This document shows positions 55,318-63,836 of a stretch of DNA of 64,000 bases, piece by piece (the stretch's first letter is position 1; every line of letters starts with the position of its first letter). The stretch is taken from positions 12,051 through 76,050 of the IMG/VR virus record IMGVR_UViG_3300017770_000005. One strand, 5' to 3'. Both the position numbers and the translations under genes were made by a program. The notes below the pieces were generated by a model, which worked only from the letters and a program-made list of their open reading frames with translations, searched no databases and had not been told where the DNA came from. The stretch comes from a virus.

Positions 55318-56648
55318 AAATTTCTATTATCCCAGAAGATAAAAAAATTATCGTAGATGGTAAAACCGTGGATCTTGAGGATAATGCACCTTGGGATTTT
55401 GATGATGAACCCATCCATGCAATTCAGTGGAAGGATGATAGAGGTGAATTGGAATATGAAGATATTATTGGTGAAGAACCAGCACCAAATAAAATTTTTG
55501 GTGTAGATGAATTTGATACTATTGTTCAACCATATCTAGATTACTTTAATACATTTTTGGATTCATACGAGAAATCAGAACTTGAGTCTGCATTACAAGA
55601 AGAGCAAAATATTGCTGATCAGATTGAAGAATTGAATATTGATAAACTTGAGAAAGAAGCACAACTTGTTATCATTGAAGACCTCAAGAGACAGAATAGA
55701 GAACTTCGTGATGAGAGAGAAGATTTGTATGAGGAAAAGAGTAAGTCAGATCAAGCAGCAGTATATGACAAGCAAGTTGCTTTAATTGAACTCGAACGTG
55801 AAAAAGCAGCACGTGAATCTGAAAAGGCAGGTTTAGAATCACAGAAAGCAGATGAGTTTTTTGAGAAGAAGTCTTTAGAACTTGCTAAAAAGTATGATGA
55901 ACTCTTTCATGATTTTGAAAAGGAAAAAGATGCTTTTGTAGAAGAAAGGAAAGAGTATCAAGAATTGCTGCAAATGGAACGTGATAAGATTGAGAGGGAA
56001 GATGATCTTTCTATGAAGCAACTTGCTCTCGAAGATAAAGAACGTGAAACAAGAGAGGAAATGATTGCCAAGGTTAGGTTGATCGAAGAAGAACAACTTG
56101 ACATTGCTAAGGCAGAACTTGAATTGCAGAAACAGGCAGTTGATATTATCCGTTTGGAGAATCTTGAAGTTCAAGAACAAATCAATGCTGCTAGAGATGT
56201 AATTAAAGTAAATCTTGAAAAGCAGGAAGATGAGTTTGAGAGGAGAAAGGATCAAGAACTAGAAATTATCATGAGATCTCATGAAGATCTAATGAATAAA
56301 ATGTCTCAGGAAGAGGCATTTGATGAACTAGATGATGCTGTAGAACGTGAATTTGATAAAGCAGAAGTTGAGTATAAAGAATTTCAAAGAGAAAAACTCA
56401 AGCAATCTAATAGCAGTATTCATGCTGCTGGTCAAGAGAAAATCATTAGAGATAGTATTGAACGTGAAGAAATTCAGGGTGGTGCTGACAAATCTATCGA
56501 AGATATCCTAACACTTATGGACGGTATTGACCCAGAAGAACTTTATACTGTACTAACTGATGATGAGAGAGGAGAAAATTCTTTCCCTGTAGATAAGGCA
56601 GTTAAGTGGTTTGCTGCCCTAAAAGAAGTTCTAGATAAAAATGATTGA
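55314..56648 (+). CDS. Fibre-chaperone-like N-terminal domain with a long acidic coiled coil
   Basis: ISIIPEDKKIIVDG...IHAIQW...GELEY N-terminal domain; about 350 aa of E/K/D/L heptad-like sequence. Confidence 0.65.
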   Translation: MKISIIPEDKKIIVDGKTVDLEDNAPWDFDDEPIHAIQWKDDRGELEYEDIIGEEPAPNKIFGVDEFDTIVQPYLDYFNTFLDSYEKSELESALQEEQNIADQIEELNIDKLEKEAQLVIIEDLKRQNRELRDEREDLYEEKSKSDQAAVYDKQVALIELEREKAARESEKAGLESQKADEFFEKKSLELAKKYDELFHDFEKEKDAFVEERKEYQELLQMERDKIEREDDLSMKQLALEDKERETREEMIAKVRLIEEEQLDIAKAELELQKQAVDIIRLENLEVQEQINAARDVIKVNLEKQEDEFERRKDQELEIIMRSHEDLMNKMSQEEAFDELDDAVEREFDKAEVEYKEFQREKLKQSNSSIHAAGQEKIIRDSIEREEIQGGADKSIEDILTLMDGIDPEELYTVLTDDERGENSFPVDKAVKWFAALKEVLDKND

Positions 56649-56657
56649 TATATTGAA

Positions 56658-58055
56658 ATGAATAATGAATTGTTGAAGAACAACTATATCGTTGTTCCTA
56701 ATTTTATCGATCCAGATCATGCCTCACGATTAGAAAAAGAGTTCTTTGTTACTGATGAAATCTTTGATTTTAGTGGTGATGAACAGGCACCAAACTCATC
56801 AGCAGTATATGATTATCTCCCAGCATTAGAACTTCTGGCAAACAAAACTTCGGAAGTTTCTAAACTAATTGGTGAAACTGTTCTCCCAACTTATGTTTAT
56901 TCTAGAATATATCGAAACGGAAGTATTCTTCATAGACACACTGATCGTCCTGGATGTGAAATATCATTAACATTGCACTTAGGTAGTGATAAACCTTGGG
57001 CAATTTGGATTGAAACACCAGAAGGAAAGAATAGATCAGTTAACTTGAATCCTGGTGATGCTATGCTATACTTGGGATGTATTGCTCCACATTGGAGAGA
57101 TCAATTTGAGGGTGAAGAGTACACTCAATTTTTCTTACATTATGTAAGAAGTCGTGGTATGTGTAGTCCTGCATACTTTGATAAAAACAAATTTAGAGAC
57201 ATTGACACTGAAGACTTATTACGGGAGTACAAACAAATGGGAAAGTTTACTAATGTAAATGAGATGACAATACTTCCAAAGAAGTATAGAGAAAAACAAG
57301 AAAGAAACGATGATAATAAGGTTGAATTTATACTAGATTCTAATAACGATACTGATACTTTCTTTGACTTTGACGATGTAGTCATTGCTAATGATAAGTA
57401 TAAAAAGTTCTTGACTAAAAAAGATACTCCAGAATTGATTAATGAACCTAAGGTAGAGAATAAAGCAAAACCATCGGGCAAATTGTCATCTAAACCTATT
57501 GCTGATTTTGTATGGCATGGTCAAGAAGTTGTTGATCCTGAACTATGTGATAAAATCCTAGATGAGTATGCAAATACAAACTATTGGGAAGCAACATTAA
57601 CTGGAAGTGGTCATGATCCAGATGCACGAAGGTGTGAACAAATTTGTATTTCTGAGCAATCAATCATTGCTGAAGATAATTCTGACACTAGGAAACAGTT
57701 AGATGATCAAATGTTTGAGGTTGTTCAAAACTTGATCGGACTTTATCAAGAAGCACATCCAGAGTTTGAACTAGAGATTCAAGAGGATAGTGGTTATGAA
57801 CTGCTCAAATATGAAGAGGGTGACTTTTATATTGAGCATACAGATTCGTTCAAAGAACAACCTAGAGCATTAACAGTGATTGTGTCAATGAATAATGCAT
57901 ATGAAGGTGGAGAAGTTGCTTTATTCAATCGTGAACTAGTATATAAACTTGATGTTGGTGATGTAATTATGTTCCCATCTAATTTTATGTACCCACATGA
58001 AATTATGCCAGTTACTCAAGGAACAAGATTCTCTATCATTACTTGGGTTGTATGA
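56658..58055 (+). CDS. Two-domain 2OG-Fe(II) oxygenase (prolyl-4-hydroxylase-like)
   Basis: Domain 1: HTDRPGCEIS...HWR...QFFLHY; domain 2: HTD...YEGGE...MFPSNFMYPHEI.PV..GTRFSIITW. Confidence 0.88.
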   Translation: MNNELLKNNYIVVPNFIDPDHASRLEKEFFVTDEIFDFSGDEQAPNSSAVYDYLPALELLANKTSEVSKLIGETVLPTYVYSRIYRNGSILHRHTDRPGCEISLTLHLGSDKPWAIWIETPEGKNRSVNLNPGDAMLYLGCIAPHWRDQFEGEEYTQFFLHYVRSRGMCSPAYFDKNKFRDIDTEDLLREYKQMGKFTNVNEMTILPKKYREKQERNDDNKVEFILDSNNDTDTFFDFDDVVIANDKYKKFLTKKDTPELINEPKVENKAKPSGKLSSKPIADFVWHGQEVVDPELCDKILDEYANTNYWEATLTGSGHDPDARRCEQICISEQSIIAEDNSDTRKQLDDQMFEVVQNLIGLYQEAHPEFELEIQEDSGYELLKYEEGDFYIEHTDSFKEQPRALTVIVSMNNAYEGGEVALFNRELVYKLDVGDVIMFPSNFMYPHEIMPVTQGTRFSIITWVV

Positions 58056-58702
58056 AACATAATGATTTTATTGGTCATTATGAAAATGTAATGGATGTTG
58101 ATGCTTGTGATGCTGTAATTTCACTCTTCGATTCCAATTGGCAACATCCTGATGATCCAAATAACAAATTAAGAACTGGTCAGGGAAATACTGAAACTGA
58201 AAGAGGTCATTTAAATAGGCACGACTATCAGTGGTATCTGGATCCTAGTCCATCATTTGATCTTATTGTCAGAACTGTGGAGTATTGTTGGGAACAGTAT
58301 AAACAAACTTTTTGGGTTTCTAATTATGTTCATATCAACTTTGATGAGGTAAAACTTCAAAAGACTTTTCCCAGAGGTGGATTTCATGACTGGCATTGTG
58401 AGATTACTGATTTGGGAGCAGTTGACAGATGTGTTGCTTGGATGTTATATTTGAATGACATTCCCGAAGGTGAGGGTGAAACAGAGTTCCTTTGGCAAGG
58501 TCGTAGAGTACAACCAAAAGCAGGGACGATGTTAATTTGGCCCGCATTTTACACACATGTTCATCGTGGAAACACTGTATATTCAAAGAGTAAATACATT
58601 GCAACAGGTTGGGGAAACTATTTTTGTAATGATAGTCAACTGGAAGATTATTTTGAACATGACGACAATCTAAAACTATTCACAGACAGGAAACGAGACT
58701 AA
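58052..58702 (+). CDS. 2OG-Fe(II) oxygenase (P4H-like)
   Basis: GGFHDWHCE, WMLYLND, GETEFL, IWPAFYTHVHRGN, KYIATGW. Confidence 0.9.
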   Translation: MKHNDFIGHYENVMDVDACDAVISLFDSNWQHPDDPNNKLRTGQGNTETERGHLNRHDYQWYLDPSPSFDLIVRTVEYCWEQYKQTFWVSNYVHINFDEVKLQKTFPRGGFHDWHCEITDLGAVDRCVAWMLYLNDIPEGEGETEFLWQGRRVQPKAGTMLIWPAFYTHVHRGNTVYSKSKYIATGWGNYFCNDSQLEDYFEHDDNLKLFTDRKRD

Positions 58703-58911
58703 TGGCACTATCTGACCAAGTAAAAGTAGAAATAGATTCTGCTCAAACACATCTTCGTGAAGCATTGGCATTTGCTGCAAGAAATGAGAAACCGTTTTTT
58801 GTTAAAGCATTGGGTGAAATGATTCATGCTTTAGATACTCTATCATCAGCAGATGATTTTATGGATACTATGCAGGAATTGTTGGAAAAGAATGATGAAT
58901 TACCAGATTAA
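58702..58911 (+). CDS. Conserved cyanophage hypothetical protein
   Basis: MALSDQV...LREALAFAARNEKP; TAATG coupling. Confidence 0.7.
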   Translation: MALSDQVKVEIDSAQTHLREALAFAARNEKPFFVKALGEMIHALDTLSSADDFMDTMQELLEKNDELPD

Positions 58912-59488
58912 AACTGAACCTTTCTCTCATGTTATCATTGAAGAAACATTTGATGAAGAACAATATGATATGATTTGGAGAGAACTTGATTTTCTTTTGA
59001 ATAAGTTCAAGGATCCTGAAGGATACATGGCAGCAAAAGATGATGATGGAAACTATCTAACAACAGCAAAAGGTTTATCATTAGATGCAGTGTATAATAA
59101 TGAATATAGAAATATTTCTGACATCTTAACTATTTGTCAGAAGATTTTTTTCAATGATGATAAGTTTTTTGATGATTTAGTGGAAAAGGATGATTATTGG
59201 ACGACATATAAAAGGTCTAGTGAAGATTGGACTAAAATCAGAAGATATTTTCCTGGAGATGGATATGACCCACACGCAGATACTTGGGTGAATGTGTTAG
59301 TAACCACAACACTTTGTCATAAGGAAGATGAGGGAGGAAATTTATATTTCCCAAGATATGATTATGAAATTCAAACGAGTAATAATAAGACTGTAATTTT
59401 TCCTGGTTGGGTTGAACATTCTGTCACAGATGTGTTGGAGAATGACAGATATGCTATCACAAAGTTTATACACTGTGCCAGTAAGTGA
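58892..59488 (+). CDS. 2OG-Fe(II) oxygenase (P4H-like)
   Basis: Y.PHAD, GGNLYFP, VIFPGWVEHSV, RYAITKF. Confidence 0.88.
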   Translation: MMNYQIKTEPFSHVIIEETFDEEQYDMIWRELDFLLNKFKDPEGYMAAKDDDGNYLTTAKGLSLDAVYNNEYRNISDILTICQKIFFNDDKFFDDLVEKDDYWTTYKRSSEDWTKIRRYFPGDGYDPHADTWVNVLVTTTLCHKEDEGGNLYFPRYDYEIQTSNNKTVIFPGWVEHSVTDVLENDRYAITKFIHCASK

Positions 59489-59532
59489 ACTGTCCACTAG
59501 GTCTTGACTTTGCCTGTGAGATACCGTATATT
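59475..59532 (+). promoter_or_regulatory. Palindrome + sigma70 promoter element, copy 2
   Basis: GTGCCAGT-aagtg-AACTGTCCAC, then TTGACT-17 nt-TATATT. Confidence 0.75.
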
Positions 59533-59554
59533 GTATATGTTCTGAAGAAACCAG

Positions 59555-59950
59555 ATGACCACCACACCAGTGAACAAGGAATTTTCTGATTTTTGTGCTC
59601 AACAGGATGCACGTAACACCATTCAACTGAATATCACTAAGTTTTGCCTCATTTTATGTGATTCACTGACTCAAACTGCTCCAAAAAATGGTAACAACAT
59701 AGGTTTCTATCTTGACTCCATGGGTCGTAAGTATCATAAGATCTTCATGACTAAAAATGGTAAGCAGGACTCAATTCATGCCTTCATTGATAAGAAGACT
59801 GGTGAAATGTATAAACCAGCATCAATCAAGGCACCTGCAAAAGGTGTACGTTTCAATCTATTAGTCATGCAAGAACGTGAGTTTGTGTTAGATAGTTGCG
59901 AATGGACTGGTGGTTATCTTTATCGCAACGCATATTATCAAGGTGCTTAA
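59555..59950 (+). CDS. Conserved early phage protein
   Basis: GRKYHKI...SIHAFIDKKTGEMYKPASIKAPAKGVRFNL...WTGGYLY, a widespread phage family. Confidence 0.75.
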   Translation: MTTTPVNKEFSDFCAQQDARNTIQLNITKFCLILCDSLTQTAPKNGNNIGFYLDSMGRKYHKIFMTKNGKQDSIHAFIDKKTGEMYKPASIKAPAKGVRFNLLVMQEREFVLDSCEWTGGYLYRNAYYQGA

Positions 59951-60172
59951 ATGAAAACTCCAGATAAGGTTAAGAAAGATTACGAAACGTGGTTTACGGA
60001 CACATTCTGTGAATTATGTGAGTATGATGATGGTGCAGAGGTTTTTGAACACTGCATCAATCATGCTATCGCAGATCTTTCTTCATGGCATCTCAGAGAA
60101 TTACAAGTTCTGAGTAAAATGCACTCTGTCACAGAAAAAACTTTTTCTCAACAAAACAATGCACCTGATTGA
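59951..60172 (+). CDS. Hypothetical protein
   Basis: ORF directly follows the upstream gene. Confidence 0.6.
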   Translation: MKTPDKVKKDYETWFTDTFCELCEYDDGAEVFEHCINHAIADLSSWHLRELQVLSKMHSVTEKTFSQQNNAPD

Positions 60173-60710
60173 CTCTCTCGAAACAAAAACTGACTGGGGA
60201 AAGATCTTCGGTATTGTAGATTCTCTCTACAGTGACAAAGGATTCACCTCCAATGCTGATAACTTTGCGCGAGCAACTGCTGTAGAGAAAGGAATTTCAA
60301 AGTTTTCAGATCTTAAACGTGTTGATCAAACTGGTTATGATTTTCTCTTCGGTGATGAGAAAGTAGAACTGAAGATGGGTAAGAATTTATTCTATAAACG
60401 TAAAGATGTCAATGCTACAAAGAAGTTCAAAGTCAAATCTTTCCTGAGTGAGACTAAAACTGTAGAAGATTTCAAGCAAATAAAAACATTTGACTACATG
60501 ATGGTGATGGATCTTACAGCACGTCGTGTGGTGATTGTTGAAGATGAGAAAGCAAGATCACTCTATCAGGATGGTGCTGACGGTGCCATGATTGAACTGA
60601 AGTTGGGTGACTATTATGAGTGTGATTTGGGTGAGTATGATGTTACTCAACCACCATCATATCTGTCTGATGCTATCAACAAAGCAATCGAGGGTTATCT
60701 TGACTTCTAA
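60159..60710 (+). CDS. Hypothetical protein, possible PD-(D/E)XK nuclease fold
   Basis: E...GYDF....VELK motif spacing. Confidence 0.5.
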   Translation: MHLIDSLETKTDWGKIFGIVDSLYSDKGFTSNADNFARATAVEKGISKFSDLKRVDQTGYDFLFGDEKVELKMGKNLFYKRKDVNATKKFKVKSFLSETKTVEDFKQIKTFDYMMVMDLTARRVVIVEDEKARSLYQDGADGAMIELKLGDYYECDLGEYDVTQPPSYLSDAINKAIEGYLDF

Positions 60711-60795
60711 GGAAAAACTTGTATTCATAAGTTCATTCTTCATCATGATGAATTGGGGAACACGATTAACTTATTCTCTGCTGAGTGGTTTTTGA
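60700..60795 (+). CDS. Small hydrophobic peptide (31 aa, TTG start)
   Basis: GAGGG RBS, then TTG-TSKEKLVFISSFFIMMNWGTRLTYSLLSGF*. Confidence 0.45.
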   Translation: MTSKEKLVFISSFFIMMNWGTRLTYSLLSGF

Positions 60796-60797
60796 GT

Positions 60798-60868
60798 GTG
60801 CCAGTTGGTTGAAGTGTCCACCATTGCCCCCATTGGCACCAAAATCGTGTATTATTAAAGAGTGAAAG
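60798..60868 (+). promoter_or_regulatory. Palindrome + promoter element, copy 3
   Basis: GTGCCAGTTGGTTGAAGTGTCCAC ... TCGTGTATTATTAAAGAGT. Confidence 0.75.
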
Positions 60869-60876
60869 AAACAACC

Positions 60877-61761
60877 ATGCAAAACAAGCACCAAGAGCAT
60901 CCCGAAGATACCATTCTGACTGGTGATCTGTCTGCCATTGATCTACTCTACAATTTCACACATGCAAGTGTGAAGATGGATGGTATTGCTATTGTTTGGG
61001 GCAAAGATCCTGCCACTGGTACATTTTTCGTTGGCAACAAAGCAGTTTTCAACAAGAAAAAGATCCGTATTGCACACTCTTCTGAAGAGATTGACTTCTT
61101 TTATGATGGTGAGATGGCAGAGATTCTTCATCTTGCTTATCAATTTCTTCCTCGCACTGATAGAATCTTTCAGGGTGACTTTCTTGGTTGGGGTGCTGAA
61201 CGTATCTTCACTCAGAATACTATCTCTTACGAATTTCCTGAGTATGTGACACAAAAGTTTATTGTTGCACCTCATACAGAATACTTTGCAGAGGATGATC
61301 TTCGCAATGCTGTAGCATCTCCACTTAAAGAACATTTTGTTGACAATCAAAAGGTTAAGTGGGTTCAACCTTGTGTCGATTGGATGCGAGGACCAGAAAC
61401 ACCACAAATTGATGTCAGTGAGGTTAAGTTTCTGGATCAACGTACAGCAGATTGTTGTAAGAAAATCATCAATGCTTTCATTCGAGAACAGAAAGCATTG
61501 ACGCATGAATTGCTGACGTTGGTGTTTGATTGTCCTAAACTTGCAAGTCTTTATCTCACTGTCATTGAGATGAAAGAGGATCTGATGGATAGTTTCAAGA
61601 TCACAAACTGCCCCAAGTCTTTCATTGGGTCTCTGCAAATCAAGCAGGAAGGTTTCACTATTGCCGATGAAGATGGGACAGTGATTAAACTTGTGGATCG
61701 TGAGATTTTTTCGATGTTCAACTTTAACATGCCAAAACGGTGGGAGACACCTGGACGATGA
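60877..61761 (+). CDS. Conserved cyanophage protein (DUF6267-like, nucleotidyltransferase/ligase-like motifs)
   Basis: NKHQEHPED, SVKMDG..IVWG, FFVGNKAVFNKKK, FQGDF, EGF, KLVDR..FS..NF. Confidence 0.65.
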   Translation: MQNKHQEHPEDTILTGDLSAIDLLYNFTHASVKMDGIAIVWGKDPATGTFFVGNKAVFNKKKIRIAHSSEEIDFFYDGEMAEILHLAYQFLPRTDRIFQGDFLGWGAERIFTQNTISYEFPEYVTQKFIVAPHTEYFAEDDLRNAVASPLKEHFVDNQKVKWVQPCVDWMRGPETPQIDVSEVKFLDQRTADCCKKIINAFIREQKALTHELLTLVFDCPKLASLYLTVIEMKEDLMDSFKITNCPKSFIGSLQIKQEGFTIADEDGTVIKLVDREIFSMFNFNMPKRWETPGR

Positions 61762-61825
61762 AACAAGTGGCACACAGACCCTTGTAGATGCCTCTCAGTC
61801 GTGTATTATTAAAGAGTCAAAGGAA
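61753..61825 (+). promoter_or_regulatory. Palindrome (degenerate) + promoter element, copy 4
   Basis: GGACGAT-gaaac-AAGTGGCAC ... TCGTGTATTATTAAAGAGTCAAAGGAA. Confidence 0.7.
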
Positions 61826-61832
61826 AGCAACC

Positions 61833-62018
61833 ATGATCCTCTCACAAGCATCAAATCTTCAAACCCGTCAACGTGTCTGGATTGGTCGTAAATCTGATTC
61901 AGGTCCACAAATTGGATATGGTGATCAACCAACACAACTCGAAACTGAATGGATTGCTGGTGTTTATGCTGAGAAGTATGAAGCAGAGGCAAAAGCAAAG
62001 ATCCCATGTTTTGAGTGA
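61833..62018 (+). CDS. Hypothetical early protein
   Basis: AAGGA RBS and the repeated promoter upstream. Confidence 0.6.
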   Translation: MILSQASNLQTRQRVWIGRKSDSGPQIGYGDQPTQLETEWIAGVYAEKYEAEAKAKIPCFE

Positions 62019-62040
62019 TTCACTTACATACTAAATTACA

Positions 62041-62343
62041 ATGTGTTATCCTTCTATGTCAACTATGGACCCCAATTTAAGGACTTATTCTGAGCAACGT
62101 CGTGAACGTCTGAATGTTGCTATCTTTGACTATCTTTCAGACGAAGAAACAGGAATGGAAGAACTATTTGATGATATTATTGCAGAAGTTCGTGATAGTC
62201 ATGAATACTTTGCAAGATATGAGAGAAAGTGTTCAGATCTTCTTGATAAATTGCATGGTCTTCGAGTGGCAGATGATGCAGATTGGGAAGATTTTTGGAA
62301 CGGAGATCATTCGGATGAAGAAGTCCAGTCGGATGATTGCTGA
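62041..62343 (+). CDS. Hypothetical acidic protein
   Basis: YSEQRRERL..AIFDYLSDE motif; start uncertain. Confidence 0.65.
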   Translation: MCYPSMSTMDPNLRTYSEQRRERLNVAIFDYLSDEETGMEELFDDIIAEVRDSHEYFARYERKCSDLLDKLHGLRVADDADWEDFWNGDHSDEEVQSDDC

Positions 62344-62729
62344 TGGAAAATCTCTTCAAACTTGCAACTGAGGTCGCAGAATCATCACCTTCAAGGAAAA
62401 AGGTTGGTGCTATTCTACTTAAAAAGAATCGTGTTCTTGTTTGTGCAACTAATAATGAGAAGAAAACTCATCCAATTCAAGCACATTGGGCACGAAAAGT
62501 AGGACGACCACAAAAAATTTATCTTCATGCAGAATTATCTGCTCTAGTTAAATCTAAAGAAGATGGAGATAAAATCATTGTTGCACGTTTGGGAGGTCAC
62601 AAACAAAATGAACTTAGAATGGCAAAACCTTGTCCTATTTGTGAAGCATACCTGAGAGAATGTGGCATCAAAGATGTTTACTACTCTGTCACTAATAACA
62701 AATGGTCTTATGAACATTGGGAGGACTAA
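62337..62729 (+). CDS. Cytidine/deoxycytidylate deaminase-family Zn protein
   Basis: KVGAILL, HAE, KPCPIC, GIKDVYYS. Confidence 0.88.
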   Translation: MLMENLFKLATEVAESSPSRKKVGAILLKKNRVLVCATNNEKKTHPIQAHWARKVGRPQKIYLHAELSALVKSKEDGDKIIVARLGGHKQNELRMAKPCPICEAYLRECGIKDVYYSVTNNKWSYEHWED

Positions 62730-63056
62730 TTGATGGCAACTTGGAAAGCAGATCTATTTGTCAACTCAAGAGTTGGTCAAATTTCAACAACAGTTGAGGC
62801 AGCATCTTTTCGTGGTGCAGAAGAACAAATCTATGCAAGGCATGGTGATGTTCAACAAATCTGCAATTTGAGAGAAGTATCAGGTGGAGGTTCTTCACTC
62901 TCAGACATAGGAGATATGGGTGGTTGGTTTGTACTTGGTTGCATAGTATTTGCCACATGGTTGATGATGGAGTTCTGGTGGATTATTGTACCTATCGGAG
63001 CAATTTGTGCTTTAGGTTGGATTGCGGACAAAACTAAACACTGGTGGGATAAGTAA
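62730..63056 (+). CDS. Hypothetical membrane protein
   Basis: GGAGG RBS; hydrophobic Trp-rich C-terminal helices. Confidence 0.65.
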   Translation: MMATWKADLFVNSRVGQISTTVEAASFRGAEEQIYARHGDVQQICNLREVSGGGSSLSDIGDMGGWFVLGCIVFATWLMMEFWWIIVPIGAICALGWIADKTKHWWDK

Positions 63057-63161
63057 ATTGATTTTTTCATAGTTCTGTTGTTGGGGATGACCTGATGCCC
63101 ATTTCAGATTAAAATATGGAAAAAACAGTTTATATCATCGTGAGATCCCTTGCCCTGACTG

Positions 63162-63236
63162 GTGGACAGTTGGTTGAAGTGTCCACTATCGGTTGATCTG
63201 GGTCAGTTTTCGTGTATTATTAAAGAGTCAAAGGAA
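63162..63236 (+). promoter_or_regulatory. Palindrome + promoter element, copy 5
   Basis: GTGGACAGTTGGTTGAAGTGTCCAC ... TCGTGTATTATTAAAGAGTCAAAGGAA. Confidence 0.78.
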
Positions 63237-63244
63237 TTCAACCC

Positions 63245-63508
63245 ATGCGAGACTTCATCTGTGCTTACTTTGGCAGAGGTTCTGATGGCAAAGACTGGAC
63301 GATCACTGCGAGAGGTTTCGAGAACACTCAAGAGGCAGAAAAGCATGGTCTCTATATGATGCCAATGCCAGGATGTTTCGGGTTTGCTGTTATCGCAGAA
63401 AACGATCTTCAAGAGGGTTGGCAACTACGACTCGAAAGGTCTATGTTATCACCAAACAACAAAGTTGTTCAGGACGATCTCAACAACTACAAAATTGTTT
63501 CCTACTGA
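63245..63508 (+). CDS. Hypothetical early protein
   Basis: AAGGA RBS directly behind the repeated promoter. Confidence 0.65.
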   Translation: MRDFICAYFGRGSDGKDWTITARGFENTQEAEKHGLYMMPMPGCFGFAVIAENDLQEGWQLRLERSMLSPNNKVVQDDLNNYKIVSY

Positions 63509-63834
63509 TGTTATTCACCTCAGGCAAATCTCAACACACTCACCTCACACAAAGTGTGTTTGAGTTCTTTACAACCAAATATCAGATTGATAGTGACGTT
63601 GAGGTTTATCACACTGACCTAAGTGATGATAATGCCTTTGGATTCACTGAGGTTAATGGTGATGAGCAATTTGTTCAGATTCACAATGATCTGAATGAAA
63701 AGGATTACATCACCACATTGCTGCACGAATTAGTTCACGTTGTTCAGAACGAAAGTGGACAATTTGATGATGAAGAGAGAGAAAATGAAGCATATTCTTT
63801 AGAATCTATTCTTTTCAACCAATTCACTAACTAA
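63508..63834 (+). CDS. Small zincin-like metallopeptidase (HExxH)
   Basis: TTLLHELVHVVQ...ENEAY; ATG 63508 coupled by TGATG. Confidence 0.7.
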   Translation: MLFTSGKSQHTHLTQSVFEFFTTKYQIDSDVEVYHTDLSDDNAFGFTEVNGDEQFVQIHNDLNEKDYITTLLHELVHVVQNESGQFDDEERENEAYSLESILFNQFTN

Positions 63835-63836
63835 AC

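Noticed and set aside
60943-61773. 276-aa antisense ORF (likewise 48918..49589 and 15084..15629)
   Set aside because: Shadows of conserved plus-strand genes, with no recognisable motifs
63373-63507. ORF-track N-terminal extension of the HExxH peptidase
   Set aside because: Overlaps the upstream gene; the TGATG-coupled ATG at 63508 is the better start
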